Positions 55,492 to 64,000 of a DNA stretch of 64,000 nucleotides are shown piece by piece. The translations under genes were made by a program, and so were the position numbers. Under the pieces are notes generated by a model, which was not told the DNA's origin, searched no databases, and saw nothing but the letters and a program-made list of their open reading frames with translations. Origin of the DNA: Flavobacteriales bacterium (GTDB taxonomy: Bacteria; Bacteroidota; Bacteroidia; NS11-12g; UBA955). The stretch is taken from positions 56,082-120,081 of the forward strand of contig CANFLS010000005.1 in assembly GCA_947447955.1 (NCBI GenBank), given 5' to 3'. The stretch's first letter is position 1, and each line of letters begins with the position of its first letter.

Positions 55492-57293
55492 TGAATTTCA
55501 AATTCCATATTCTTTTTGTTTCGCTCATTTTTTGGGCAAATATTGCTTATTCACAGAATAAAAGTGAATTGGCAAATAATTTATTCGAACAAAATGAATA
55601 TGAAAAAGCGACTTTCATTTATGAAGATTTGGCTTCTGAAAATCCAGATCAACAAATTTATTACGACAGATATGTTCAATGTCTTGTAAAAACAAATAAC
55701 CAGAAAAAAGCAGTAAAATTCATACGTAAAAAATCAAAAAAACAGCCTGATCCATTGAATTACATGGTTGATGAATGTTGGGTTTTAAGTACAGATAAAA
55801 ATACAGAAAACGAAAGTAAAAAACTGTTTGATTTTATCAGTGAAAAAATCAAAAATGATTATGGAACCCTAATGCTAGCAGCAGATTTATTTGAACAACA
55901 TAATCTCAATGATTACGCAATAAAACTGCTTCAAGAAGGTGAAAATGTTTTTGGATCAACCTCCGACATTACCAACCGTTTGGCAAATTTATACCTAACA
56001 AATGGCCAACGAATCAAAGCAATGGAAAGATATTTAACTTTGATGATTCAAAGTAACATTCCATTTGAGCAGTTTAAACAAGTCTTTGAATCCAACATTA
56101 CTGATAGCGCCGATTTCATTGCACTGCAAAAATTACTTATTGTTAAAATTCAAGAAAATCCAAACGTTTACTCATTAAACGAATGGTTAAAATGGTCATT
56201 TATTAAACAGCAAGATTGGAATAATGCGTTCATATTCACCAAAGCAATCGATTCTAAACTCAACGAAGATGGAAAACGATTGTTCGATTTAGGAATATTA
56301 TGTACTTCTAACAATGAACTTGATATTGCACTGAAGTGTTTTGATTATTGCATAAAACTAGAACAAAATAGCCATGACCCAAATTTGGTAATGTCTTATT
56401 ATCTAAATACAAAATATCAAATATTAAGTAAATCAATCACGCCACCAGAAGAGTGGAACCTTCTAATTTTAGAATTAACAAAGTTCGAAATTGATAATGG
56501 ACCATCTTCAGAAACACTTCCAATTGCTCAAAATTTAGCCACTATTTATATCCAACGGAAAAATAATCCTTCGGAAGCAGTTGTCATGTTGCAGAAATAT
56601 GTGAACAATACATCTCTCGATAAAAAAGTATTGGCGAATGCAAAAATTTCTTTGGCTAAGGCAGAAATCGCAAACAATGAAATGTGGAAAAGCGAATTGC
56701 TACTCGCCCAAGTTGAAAAAGATTTTTCTGAAGAAGCTTTAGGGCAACAAGCCAAATTTTACCGTGCAGAATTAAGCTTCTTTCGCGGCGATTATGATTG
56801 GGCGTCTATGCAATTGGATGTATTGAAAGATGCAACTACCCAATTAATTTCCAATGATGCCATGGAGCTGGCATTGTGCATTACAGATAATGTTGGCACC
56901 GACAGCAATTATACCCCCCTTCAACTTTATTCCAAAGCTTTGCTTTTTCAAAGGCAAAATAGATTTGACAGCGCCATTTTCTATGCCGAAAAAATTAGAA
57001 ACGATTTCCAAGGTCACAGTTTAACTGACGAAATATTACTGCTGAAGGCAAAAATTTATGAGAGTCAAGAAAATTATCAGAAAGCAGTTGATACCTATGA
57101 AACACTGGCCATTGCCTTTTCTCATGATATATTGGTCGACAATGCGCTCATTGCGCTAGGAAACCTATATCAATATAAATTTAAGAATTCTGAAAAAGCC
57201 ATTCAAACCTATAAGAACATTATTGAAAATTATTCAAATAGCATTTTTATTACCGAAGCTAGAAAAGAATATAGAAAACTGCGCGGTTTTTAA
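55491..57293 (+). CDS. Periplasmic TPR-repeat protein (600 aa)
   Basis: Signal peptide MNFKFHILFVSLIFWANIAYSQ. TPR-like helical repeats throughout. TAATG overlap with the ABC exporter stop codon. Confidence 0.6.
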   Translation: MNFKFHILFVSLIFWANIAYSQNKSELANNLFEQNEYEKATFIYEDLASENPDQQIYYDRYVQCLVKTNNQKKAVKFIRKKSKKQPDPLNYMVDECWVLSTDKNTENESKKLFDFISEKIKNDYGTLMLAADLFEQHNLNDYAIKLLQEGENVFGSTSDITNRLANLYLTNGQRIKAMERYLTLMIQSNIPFEQFKQVFESNITDSADFIALQKLLIVKIQENPNVYSLNEWLKWSFIKQQDWNNAFIFTKAIDSKLNEDGKRLFDLGILCTSNNELDIALKCFDYCIKLEQNSHDPNLVMSYYLNTKYQILSKSITPPEEWNLLILELTKFEIDNGPSSETLPIAQNLATIYIQRKNNPSEAVVMLQKYVNNTSLDKKVLANAKISLAKAEIANNEMWKSELLLAQVEKDFSEEALGQQAKFYRAELSFFRGDYDWASMQLDVLKDATTQLISNDAMELALCITDNVGTDSNYTPLQLYSKALLFQRQNRFDSAIFYAEKIRNDFQGHSLTDEILLLKAKIYESQENYQKAVDTYETLAIAFSHDILVDNALIALGNLYQYKFKNSEKAIQTYKNIIENYSNSIFITEARKEYRKLRGF

Positions 57294-57305
57294 GTTATTT
57301 GCAAT

Positions 57306-58565
57306 ATGATTTTAACCCCTAGGAATAATTTTATTGTTTTCATTTTTCTTTTTGGGGGACTTAATTCTGCCGCGGCTCAGCTCGATAATTATATTTTCAA
57401 ACGTCAAAGCGACGCCTCTTACTTGAAATCGCAATACGATTTTGGACCTATAGATACTGTTGTTATTGATACTGTTGTTGCTGAATATGATTCTTTATAT
57501 AATCAGAAATTAAACAATTCTAAATCTCAAAATCAAGAAATACGCATAAACAGAAGCGGATTCAGCTTCGGGAATTTGATGTATTCCAAAAACAATGAAT
57601 ATGGCGAAAACAACAATCCAGGTCAAACTTTCTTTGGCAATCAATTGTGGTTTGGTGGCAAAGTATATTTTACCCAAAACTTATCTGGCAGCTTAGGATT
57701 GTTCTTGCAATACGATTTTGGCGACAATAAATTCCCAAGCAAAACATTGCCAATTTTTAACATTGAATACAAAACAAAAAACTCTCAATTAATTGCAGGT
57801 ACCATTTTAGGCAACTCCAATCACTACCTCATTGAACCCGTTTACAATTATGAAAATGTATTTACAAAACCTTTAGAATACGGTCTTCAATATTATACCA
57901 AAAACAAACTTTTCAATTATCAAACTTGGGTTGATTGGCGCCAATTTGCGAAAATTGCAACATCCCAACAAGAAATTATATCATTCGGTCAAACGATAAA
58001 CATCCATTTAATTGATAGCTCAAAATATCCATTGGCGATTTCTCTACCATCATCACTGCTAGTATACCATCAAGGTGGAGAAGCATTAAATATCCCTCAA
58101 AGAATACAAACAACAATGAATGCAACGTTTGGAATAAGATTGAGCGACAAATCGAAGCATTTTAAGGCTGAATCCTTTTACCTTATTTCAAACGACCCAT
58201 CTCCAACGTTAAGTCATGCATTTAAAAATGGCCAAGGATCGATGACAAACCTTACCTATTTCTTCTCGCAAAAAGATCTTTCACAACATAGAATTGTAGC
58301 TACTTATTACAAAGCCGTCGAATTTTATAGTCCTTTAGGCGCACCATTATTTACAAGCGAACTTCAAGGAAAACCCTATTTACAAGCTCGAAACAGAGAA
58401 TTTGTCATGTTGCGCTACCAATATGAAAATATGATTCAATTGCCAAATTTATCAAACCTTACGCTCGATATTCGCATTGAACCTATTTACCACCTTAAAG
58501 ACAAGCTATTTGCATTTTCAACTGGGGTATATTTAAAATATACCATTGGCAACAACATCAATTAA
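57306..58565 (+). CDS. Hypothetical outer-membrane protein (419 aa)
   Basis: Signal peptide ...FLFGGLNSAAAQ. Y/F/N/G-rich beta-type sequence. 12 nt downstream of the TPR gene. Confidence 0.5.
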   Translation: MILTPRNNFIVFIFLFGGLNSAAAQLDNYIFKRQSDASYLKSQYDFGPIDTVVIDTVVAEYDSLYNQKLNNSKSQNQEIRINRSGFSFGNLMYSKNNEYGENNNPGQTFFGNQLWFGGKVYFTQNLSGSLGLFLQYDFGDNKFPSKTLPIFNIEYKTKNSQLIAGTILGNSNHYLIEPVYNYENVFTKPLEYGLQYYTKNKLFNYQTWVDWRQFAKIATSQQEIISFGQTINIHLIDSSKYPLAISLPSSLLVYHQGGEALNIPQRIQTTMNATFGIRLSDKSKHFKAESFYLISNDPSPTLSHAFKNGQGSMTNLTYFFSQKDLSQHRIVATYYKAVEFYSPLGAPLFTSELQGKPYLQARNREFVMLRYQYENMIQLPNLSNLTLDIRIEPIYHLKDKLFAFSTGVYLKYTIGNNIN

Positions 58566-59772
58566 AAAGGTAAGTCAATCCAAACTCCGCAAAGTCTGCA
58601 ATGGTTTTATTGGCTTTTAATCGCACTACGGCTTTGTAATTTGGACTTATTGCATAACTACACCCAATTCCCTCATAATAAGCTGTTTTCTTCTTAAAAT
58701 CGGGCTTATATAAGTAAATACCAAAATCGGTGATGATACCGAATTTGCCAAATCGGGTTTCATAACCAGCAGAAACGGTAATTTCAGAAGTTCCAGCAAA
58801 ACTATAATTAGGCATTTTGTCAAATTTCTTGAATTGATAAGTCCTGTCATGAAAATAGGAAATGGCATACCTAAAATTACTTCTTTTACTTATCCAATTT
58901 TCAAGTGTAAATTCCACAACCCCATTTATAAATTCCCTATCATCGTCTAAATCAATTTCCTTTTTACCCAAGCGGATTGAAACTGATTTTCGCCATGGCA
59001 AAAATGACAATTTTTGGTTCAACTGTATTTGTTTGTCTATTTTTTTTGTTGAGGGACATAAATTCAATGGATAAGCCAAACCCACTTGTAAATAAGGCAA
59101 ATTCACTCCCAAATTAGGAAATTTCCAACATGCATTTGAAAAGTGAGCCAATCCAAATTCTAAAAAAACAACTGAATTTTTATAAATATTCTTCTCAACA
59201 GACAAACCTATTTGCATATAACCATTGATGTGACTTCCTATGGCTCTATTTTCAGGATTTGCAACTGCATCATATTTCTGAGTTAAATATCCCAAACCCA
59301 ATGCAAACTTTAAACTACTTCTCCAGTCAATTTTATTAACCGTATTACTTAATAAATCTGTAGAAAAAAGTATTCCTCCAGAAAAGGCTTTTCCCGAAAT
59401 ATTTGTACCTAAATCAAAAGCAGAAAGCACAAAACCCAAACGTTGGGCATATTTAATATTCCCAGATTTGAATTTTTTATTGTTTTCCCAAGTTAAATCT
59501 GTAGATAAATACTGAAGTTGTAGGCCTTGAATATGGGCATACATTTGCTGCATATCTTCATGGTGAGGCATTAAAAAGCCTTTCATCATTCCAAAGGATA
59601 AATGATTGGTAATTCGGTTTTTATTTAAATCAGAATTATCTTTATAAAATCTATTACATAATTGATTTTCAACTAAATCTGCAGAGTCAAGATTTAATAT
59701 TTTGGCATTAATCGATTGAGCAGAAAATAAAAGCCAAAAAAAAAGGCCTATATAAATAAGCCTTTTTTTCAT
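58558..59772 (-). CDS. Outer-membrane acyloxyacyl hydrolase / PagL-like lipid A deacylase family protein (404 aa)
   Basis: Signal peptide MKKRLIYIGLFFWLLFSAQS. GLAHFSNACWKFPNLGVN matches the H-x-S-N...PN.G.N catalytic block of PagL as I remember it. It is about twice the size of canonical PagL. Confidence 0.5.
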   Translation of the reverse strand: MKKRLIYIGLFFWLLFSAQSINAKILNLDSADLVENQLCNRFYKDNSDLNKNRITNHLSFGMMKGFLMPHHEDMQQMYAHIQGLQLQYLSTDLTWENNKKFKSGNIKYAQRLGFVLSAFDLGTNISGKAFSGGILFSTDLLSNTVNKIDWRSSLKFALGLGYLTQKYDAVANPENRAIGSHINGYMQIGLSVEKNIYKNSVVFLEFGLAHFSNACWKFPNLGVNLPYLQVGLAYPLNLCPSTKKIDKQIQLNQKLSFLPWRKSVSIRLGKKEIDLDDDREFINGVVEFTLENWISKRSNFRYAISYFHDRTYQFKKFDKMPNYSFAGTSEITVSAGYETRFGKFGIITDFGIYLYKPDFKKKTAYYEGIGCSYAISPNYKAVVRLKANKTIADFAEFGLTYLFN

Positions 59773-60224
59773 TATTGTCTTGTTTTGTCGGTTGCTAGAA
59801 CCATTCGAATACCCAAATTGGCGCCAATTTCCATAACGTCAACCATTTGTTGAATGGTTAATGCTTTATCCAAACGCAACACTACATTCAATCTATTGTC
59901 AGGATTTGCAGCATCAAAAGATTGATCTCTTCTGGTGGTTAATCTTTTGGTTAAATCAGTTAATCCAACAGGTTCTTTTTCGCTATCAATAAAGTATAAA
60001 ACTTTGGTTTTTGTTTCATCGTTTTCATCAAACTTTACCGTTAAAATAAACGGTTTCGTTTGTACAGTTGAGGTTGTTTTTGCTTGTGGCAACATAATCT
60101 TGATTACGTTCGGATTTGCAAGTGTACTTGCAATCAAGAAAAACAACATCAAGAAAAACATGATGTCACTTAACGACGATGATTCAACTTCTGCCTCTTC
60201 CCTTTTACGGCGTCCGAGTTTCAT
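59772..60224 (-). CDS. exbD: ExbD/TolR-family biopolymer transport protein
   Basis: 150 aa. N-terminal SLSDIMFFLMLFFLI TM segment with the conserved Asp, plus a periplasmic domain. Confidence 0.8.
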   Translation of the reverse strand: MKLGRRKREEAEVESSSLSDIMFFLMLFFLIASTLANPNVIKIMLPQAKTTSTVQTKPFILTVKFDENDETKTKVLYFIDSEKEPVGLTDLTKRLTTRRDQSFDAANPDNRLNVVLRLDKALTIQQMVDVMEIGANLGIRMVLATDKTRQ

Positions 60225-60229
60225 AAGCC

Positions 60230-60946
60230 TTAAATATTAGACTTTGTTAATACTTCAAGTAAATTCAAACTTTGCTCTTGCAATCTTTCAGCAAACCTAT
60301 CAATTCTCCTCATGAATAACTGATATCCCAAGAAAGAAATGATACCTACTAATAAACCGGCGAAACTCGCTACCATTTTTACATATAATCCTTCTGAAAT
60401 AGAAGCAATACTTAAATCGTTAGATTGAGCAATTGAATAAAATATATTGATTACACCCCAAATGGTTCCTACGAAACCCAACATCGGTGCAATTCTAGAA
60501 ATCAAACTCAAATAGGTCAAATTGCTTTCCATCGCGCTCAATTCAACACTTGCTTTGGTTTCCATGGCACTTTCAATTTCTCTCATGTTGCTACCTAAAA
60601 ATCTTAATCCGGTAGAAATCATTTGAGCTTGGGCAGTTGGAACCCTATCGCAATATGCCAAAGCAGCATCTGGTCTGTTTTCTCTCAAATTGTCTTTGAT
60701 TACATTAATCATATTATCGTCAATTTTAGCACGATTTTTAAGGTAAATCAAACGTTCCACCATAAAGTAAATAGATAAAATTAAGCAAAAGCCCAAAAGC
60801 GCCATAACAAAGCCACCCTTGGCCATCATTTCCAATATTGGAGCAGAAACATGCTCTATGGTTGCTGGAGCTTTTCCACCCGCAGATGGTTCATTTACCG
60901 CTGCTGTAGTAGCAGCTTGTAGTAAAATGTTAAGTAAAAACATCAT
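60230..60946 (-). CDS. exbB: MotA/TolQ/ExbB-family proton channel
   Basis: 238 aa, three TM segments. IAPMLGFVGTIWGVI and EGLYVKMVASFAGLLVGI are family-typical. Confidence 0.8.
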   Translation of the reverse strand: MMFLLNILLQAATTAAVNEPSAGGKAPATIEHVSAPILEMMAKGGFVMALLGFCLILSIYFMVERLIYLKNRAKIDDNMINVIKDNLRENRPDAALAYCDRVPTAQAQMISTGLRFLGSNMREIESAMETKASVELSAMESNLTYLSLISRIAPMLGFVGTIWGVINIFYSIAQSNDLSIASISEGLYVKMVASFAGLLVGIISFLGYQLFMRRIDRFAERLQEQSLNLLEVLTKSNI

Positions 60947-61018
60947 ATCATGCGAATTAAGGTTTGAATGATTAAATTAACGAATGTTTGTTGTAAAAAT
61001 TATCCCCAAAGAAATGCA

Positions 61019-61624
61019 CTATTTCATTTCTGTGACACCGCCACTTAAAATAAACTTGGTAATTTCTCCTGAATCAATATCTAATTTAACAACTTTTTCT
61101 TTTCGCACAGCAAGGATTTCCCCTGATATAGCATAGCTATTCGGGAAATAGACTGCACAAAATCCAGGCATCCCAAATTCTTCCATATCCTTCTGAGTTA
61201 AAAATCCAATTCTGTAGACATTGTCAGAAATTTCAACTTTTACAGCAACAGTGAATTTTTTATTTTCACCCACAAAAGCCTGTGTCATGTCTTTGGTTGT
61301 TCCAAAAATCCAATTTAATCCAGGTGCTTTTTCAATAATTCCTTCAAGAAATTCCAAAATTTGCTTTGCAACAACACCCTCTGTGAATTTGCCAATAAAA
61401 GTGATGGCAACAATACCCAAAATCAAATATAAAAATACAGCACCAAAACTCAATTTATCTAGATGTAAAAATGAACCTAAAATTTGCAATACCCATATCA
61501 ATATGCTCACAGTCAATGCAATTGGCAAGACTACCAACAATCCCCTCAAGAATAAATTCAACATTTTTCTTGCAGGCGGTTTCATTCGCCTATTGATTTG
61601 GTCATCAAATTCATTCATTTTCAT
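61019..61624 (-). CDS. DUF502-family membrane protein
   Basis: 201 aa. Two N-terminal TM helices (GLLVVLPIALTVSILIWV...) and a C-terminal soluble domain, as in DUF502. Confidence 0.6.
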   Translation of the reverse strand: MKMNEFDDQINRRMKPPARKMLNLFLRGLLVVLPIALTVSILIWVLQILGSFLHLDKLSFGAVFLYLILGIVAITFIGKFTEGVVAKQILEFLEGIIEKAPGLNWIFGTTKDMTQAFVGENKKFTVAVKVEISDNVYRIGFLTQKDMEEFGMPGFCAVYFPNSYAISGEILAVRKEKVVKLDIDSGEITKFILSGGVTEMK

Positions 61625-62912
61625 ACGTTAACAAATCTAGTCCAATATCTCTGCGATAAAATTTTCCATCAAAATTAATTAATTCAGCCAATTCATTTGA
61701 ATCAGATAAAGCCGACTTAATATCAGCATTTAAAGAAGTTACAGCTATTACCCTTCCGCCATTGGTAACAATTTCACCGTTGGCTAATTTTGTTCCAGCA
61801 TGGTATACAAATTGATTTTCTTTTGTTTTAAGTTCATCAATATGAATTGTTTTGCCTTTTTCAATATCTCCTGGATAACCACCAGAAACCAAAAATATTG
61901 TAGCAGCTGTTCTTTTGTCGATTTCCAATGCCAATTGATCTACTCCACCATTGGCAATTGCCAATAGCATCTCAATCATATCCGTTTTTAAACGAGGGAA
62001 AATGGCCTCCGTTTCAGGATCTCCCATTCTCACATTATATTCAATTACTTTTGGCTGACCCGCAACATTCATCAATCCCAAAAACAAAAATCCTTTAAAT
62101 GGATTTCCTTCTTTCCTCAATCCTTCAAAAGTGGGCTTAATGATTTCATTTTCAACTTTTGACATAAAAACTTCATTGGCAAATGGCACTGGACTTATTG
62201 CGCCCATTCCGCCTGTGTTTGGACCTAAATCGCCGTCAAAAATTCTTTTATAATCTTTGGCAGAAGCCAAAATTCTATAATTTTCACCGTCGCCAATGGC
62301 GAATACTGAAATTTCAATTCCGTCTAAAAATTCTTCAATGACTACTGATTTTGACGCAGACCCAAACATCCCCCCTAAAATCATTTCATTTAGAGTATCA
62401 ACTGCCTCTTGAAAGTTAGAAGTAATGATAACACCCTTCCCCGCAGCCAAGCCATCGGCTTTCAACACGTAAGGAGGGGTTAACGTTTTTAAATAATCTT
62501 CAGATTCGTGAATATTGGTTGCATCAAAAGTTTTGTATAAAGCTGTTGGAATTGCATTCTTAACCATAAATGCTTTCGCAAAATCTTTACTTCCTTCTAA
62601 TTGCGCACAAAATTTATTCGGACCAGCTACCTTTATCGAAGTTCCAAACTCTAGATTTTTAGACTCAATAAAATCAACAATACCAGCAACCAATGGATCT
62701 TCGTTTCCAGGTATAAGTAAATCAATTTTATTTTCAATGCAAAATGAATAAACCTCGTCCAACTTTAATGGATTTACGTCCACGTTTTCACCGCAATTTG
62801 AAGTCCCAGCGTTGCCAGGTGCAATAAATAATCTTGAAATATGTTTACTCTGGTTTATAGCGCGCGAAAAAGCATGCTCTCTACCACCAGATCCTAATAA
62901 AAGTATATTCAC
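61611..62912 (-). CDS. purD: Phosphoribosylamine-glycine ligase
   Basis: MNILLLGSGGREHAF, ATP-grasp blocks VLKADGLAAGKGV, EEFLDGIE, GPNTGGMGA, VIEYNVRMGDPE. Confidence 0.93.
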   Translation of the reverse strand: MNILLLGSGGREHAFSRAINQSKHISRLFIAPGNAGTSNCGENVDVNPLKLDEVYSFCIENKIDLLIPGNEDPLVAGIVDFIESKNLEFGTSIKVAGPNKFCAQLEGSKDFAKAFMVKNAIPTALYKTFDATNIHESEDYLKTLTPPYVLKADGLAAGKGVIITSNFQEAVDTLNEMILGGMFGSASKSVVIEEFLDGIEISVFAIGDGENYRILASAKDYKRIFDGDLGPNTGGMGAISPVPFANEVFMSKVENEIIKPTFEGLRKEGNPFKGFLFLGLMNVAGQPKVIEYNVRMGDPETEAIFPRLKTDMIEMLLAIANGGVDQLALEIDKRTAATIFLVSGGYPGDIEKGKTIHIDELKTKENQFVYHAGTKLANGEIVTNGGRVIAVTSLNADIKSALSDSNELAELINFDGKFYRRDIGLDLLTYENE

Positions 62913-62936
62913 AGAGCAAATTTACTCTTTAAAGAT

Positions 62937-64000
62937 TTATTCCCAAGTTTCCGGGGCAACTTTTGATAAATCAACTGGTTTTTTAGGTTCTTTGCGCTTC
63001 AGCCTTTCAACATAAGCAATTTCTCTATCAGTTAAGAAACGCCATTTGCTTCTGCCTAACTTTATTTTGTCAAACTCACCAAACAATACCCTATCTAACC
63101 CAACAACTTCATATCCAAAATGTTCAAACATTCTACGAACGATTCTGTTTCTACCGCTGTGAATTTCTACACCCAAAATAGTTTCCTCATCTTCTTCAAC
63201 CCATCCAACTTGTTCAAAAGACATAAATCCATCTTCTAAATCAACACCTTCAACCCAAGCCAACATATGGTCTTTGGTAGGTTTTTTATCAAGTGTAACT
63301 CTGTATACCTTCTTGATTTCAAAACTAGGATGCGTCAATTTTTGAGCAAATTCACCATCATTTGTTAGCAATAAAACACCCGTTGTATTTCTATCCAAAC
63401 GACCTACTGGGTAAATTCTTTCTTTACCAGGTAAATCAATTAAATCAATAACGGTATCACGGCCTTCAGGATCACTTGTAGTTGTTATATAACCTTTAGG
63501 TTTATTCAAAACAATGTAAACGGGTTGTTCTGGAACAATTCTTTTATCATCCACTTTTACCTCGTCTCTTGGCATTACTTTACAACCCAATTCAGTTACA
63601 ACCTCCCCATTTATTTTAACCAAACCTTGCTCAATCATCGAATCTGCCTCTCTTCTGCTGCACATTCCACTATTCGCAATAAAACGGTTTAATCTTATTT
63701 CTTTGCTGGCAAGTTCTTTGCCTAAAGCCAATTTATCACCTGCTTGTTTAAAGTCTTTTTTACTTCCTTTAAACCCAGTTGTAATTTCAAAATCAAATTG
63801 TTTTTTCTTAGACAACGGTTTTGCTGGTTTATCCTCTGCATTTTCAGGTTTATTATTTGAAAATTTAGATTTGAACCCACCACGATTGTCTCTATTGTAT
63901 CCGCCACCTTCCGGACGTGGACCTCTATTATAGCCGCCACCTTCTGGACGTGGACCCCTGTTGAATCCGCCACCTTCTGGACGGGGACCTCTATTGAATC
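62937..64000 (-). CDS. rluB: RluB/RsuA-family pseudouridine synthase with an N-terminal FNRGPRPEGGG repeat extension; the 5' end runs off the right edge
   Basis: S4 domain IRLNRFIANSGMCSRREAD, catalytic GRLDRNTTGVLLLTNDG. My translation shows the frame stays open from 63815 to 63998 with no stop, so the track's TTG start at 63815 is an artefact. Confidence 0.85.
   Translation of the reverse strand, partial: FNRGPRPEGGGFNRGPRPEGGGYNRGPRPEGGGYNRDNRGGFKSKFSNNKPENAEDKPAKPLSKKKQFDFEITTGFKGSKKDFKQAGDKLALGKELASKEIRLNRFIANSGMCSRREADSMIEQGLVKINGEVVTELGCKVMPRDEVKVDDKRIVPEQPVYIVLNKPKGYITTTSDPEGRDTVIDLIDLPGKERIYPVGRLDRNTTGVLLLTNDGEFAQKLTHPSFEIKKVYRVTLDKKPTKDHMLAWVEGVDLEDGFMSFEQVGWVEEDEETILGVEIHSGRNRIVRRMFEHFGYEVVGLDRVLFGEFDKIKLGRSKWRFLTDREIAYVERLKRKEPKKPVDLSKVAPETWE

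Noticed and set aside
59736-59744. Homopolymer tracts (A9 at 59736-59744 in the PagL-like signal peptide; T9 at 40620-40628 in the 491-aa gene) as phase-variation switches.
   Set aside because: Runs of 7-9 A/T encoding Lys/Phe are expected in a genome this AT-rich. Both are in frame in intact ORFs. A single sequence gives no evidence of length heterogeneity.
1-64000. A mobile element, prophage, defence island or toxin-antitoxin content, which I looked for because the prompt suggests a novel system.
   Set aside because: I found no integrase, transposase, recombinase, tRNA attachment site, flanking direct repeats, restriction/Cas/abortive-infection-like motifs or small paired ORFs. Gene content is housekeeping and envelope, and composition is uniform apart from the two RGG-coding repeats.

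Overview
This is a gene-dense, AT-rich chromosomal segment that looks like Bacteroidota (Flavobacteriia/Cytophagia-like) core genome. The signs are TAnnTTTG '-7' promoter boxes, A-rich start contexts instead of Shine-Dalgarno sites, one cargo protein with a T9SS C-terminal sorting domain, and many signal-peptide or lipoprotein envelope proteins.

I can support about 56 protein-coding genes. They include an ABC-F ATPase, an acyl-CoA carboxyltransferase, an RhlE-like helicase, lptB, an lplA-like ligase, nth, a MoxR ATPase, two parvulin PPIases, obg, leuS, iscS-iscU-iscA, methylmalonyl-CoA epimerase, a comA-like gene, polA, msrB, hflX, kynU, ftsH, two MsbA-like ABC exporters, exbB/exbD, purD and rluB. 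I also support one SRP (4.5S) RNA that an ORF track cannot show, several hairpin terminators, and a 9-bp tandem repeat.

I saw no tRNA, rRNA, CRISPR, transposase, integrase, phage gene or recognisable defence/toxin gene. The window reads as housekeeping and envelope DNA, not an accessory island, so I cannot point to a clear-cut novel system.

The best candidates for undescribed biology are:
- an uncharacterised envelope cluster at 28593-34625 (small membrane protein, 679-aa lipoprotein, 469-aa beta-barrel, plus a divergent 676-aa barrel);
- an ExbB-ExbD pair translationally coupled to a PagL-like outer-membrane protein, with no TonB;
- an ABC exporter coupled to a periplasmic TPR protein and an outer-membrane protein;
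- a GtrB/ArnC-like GT2 coupled to an unclassified GT-C-like membrane protein;
- RGG-type low-complexity tails on two RNA enzymes (the helicase and RluB);
- a recurrent TAnnTTTG-N4-ATG arrangement that predicts leaderless mRNAs.

All functional calls rest on motifs I recognised by eye. No searches or computations were run.
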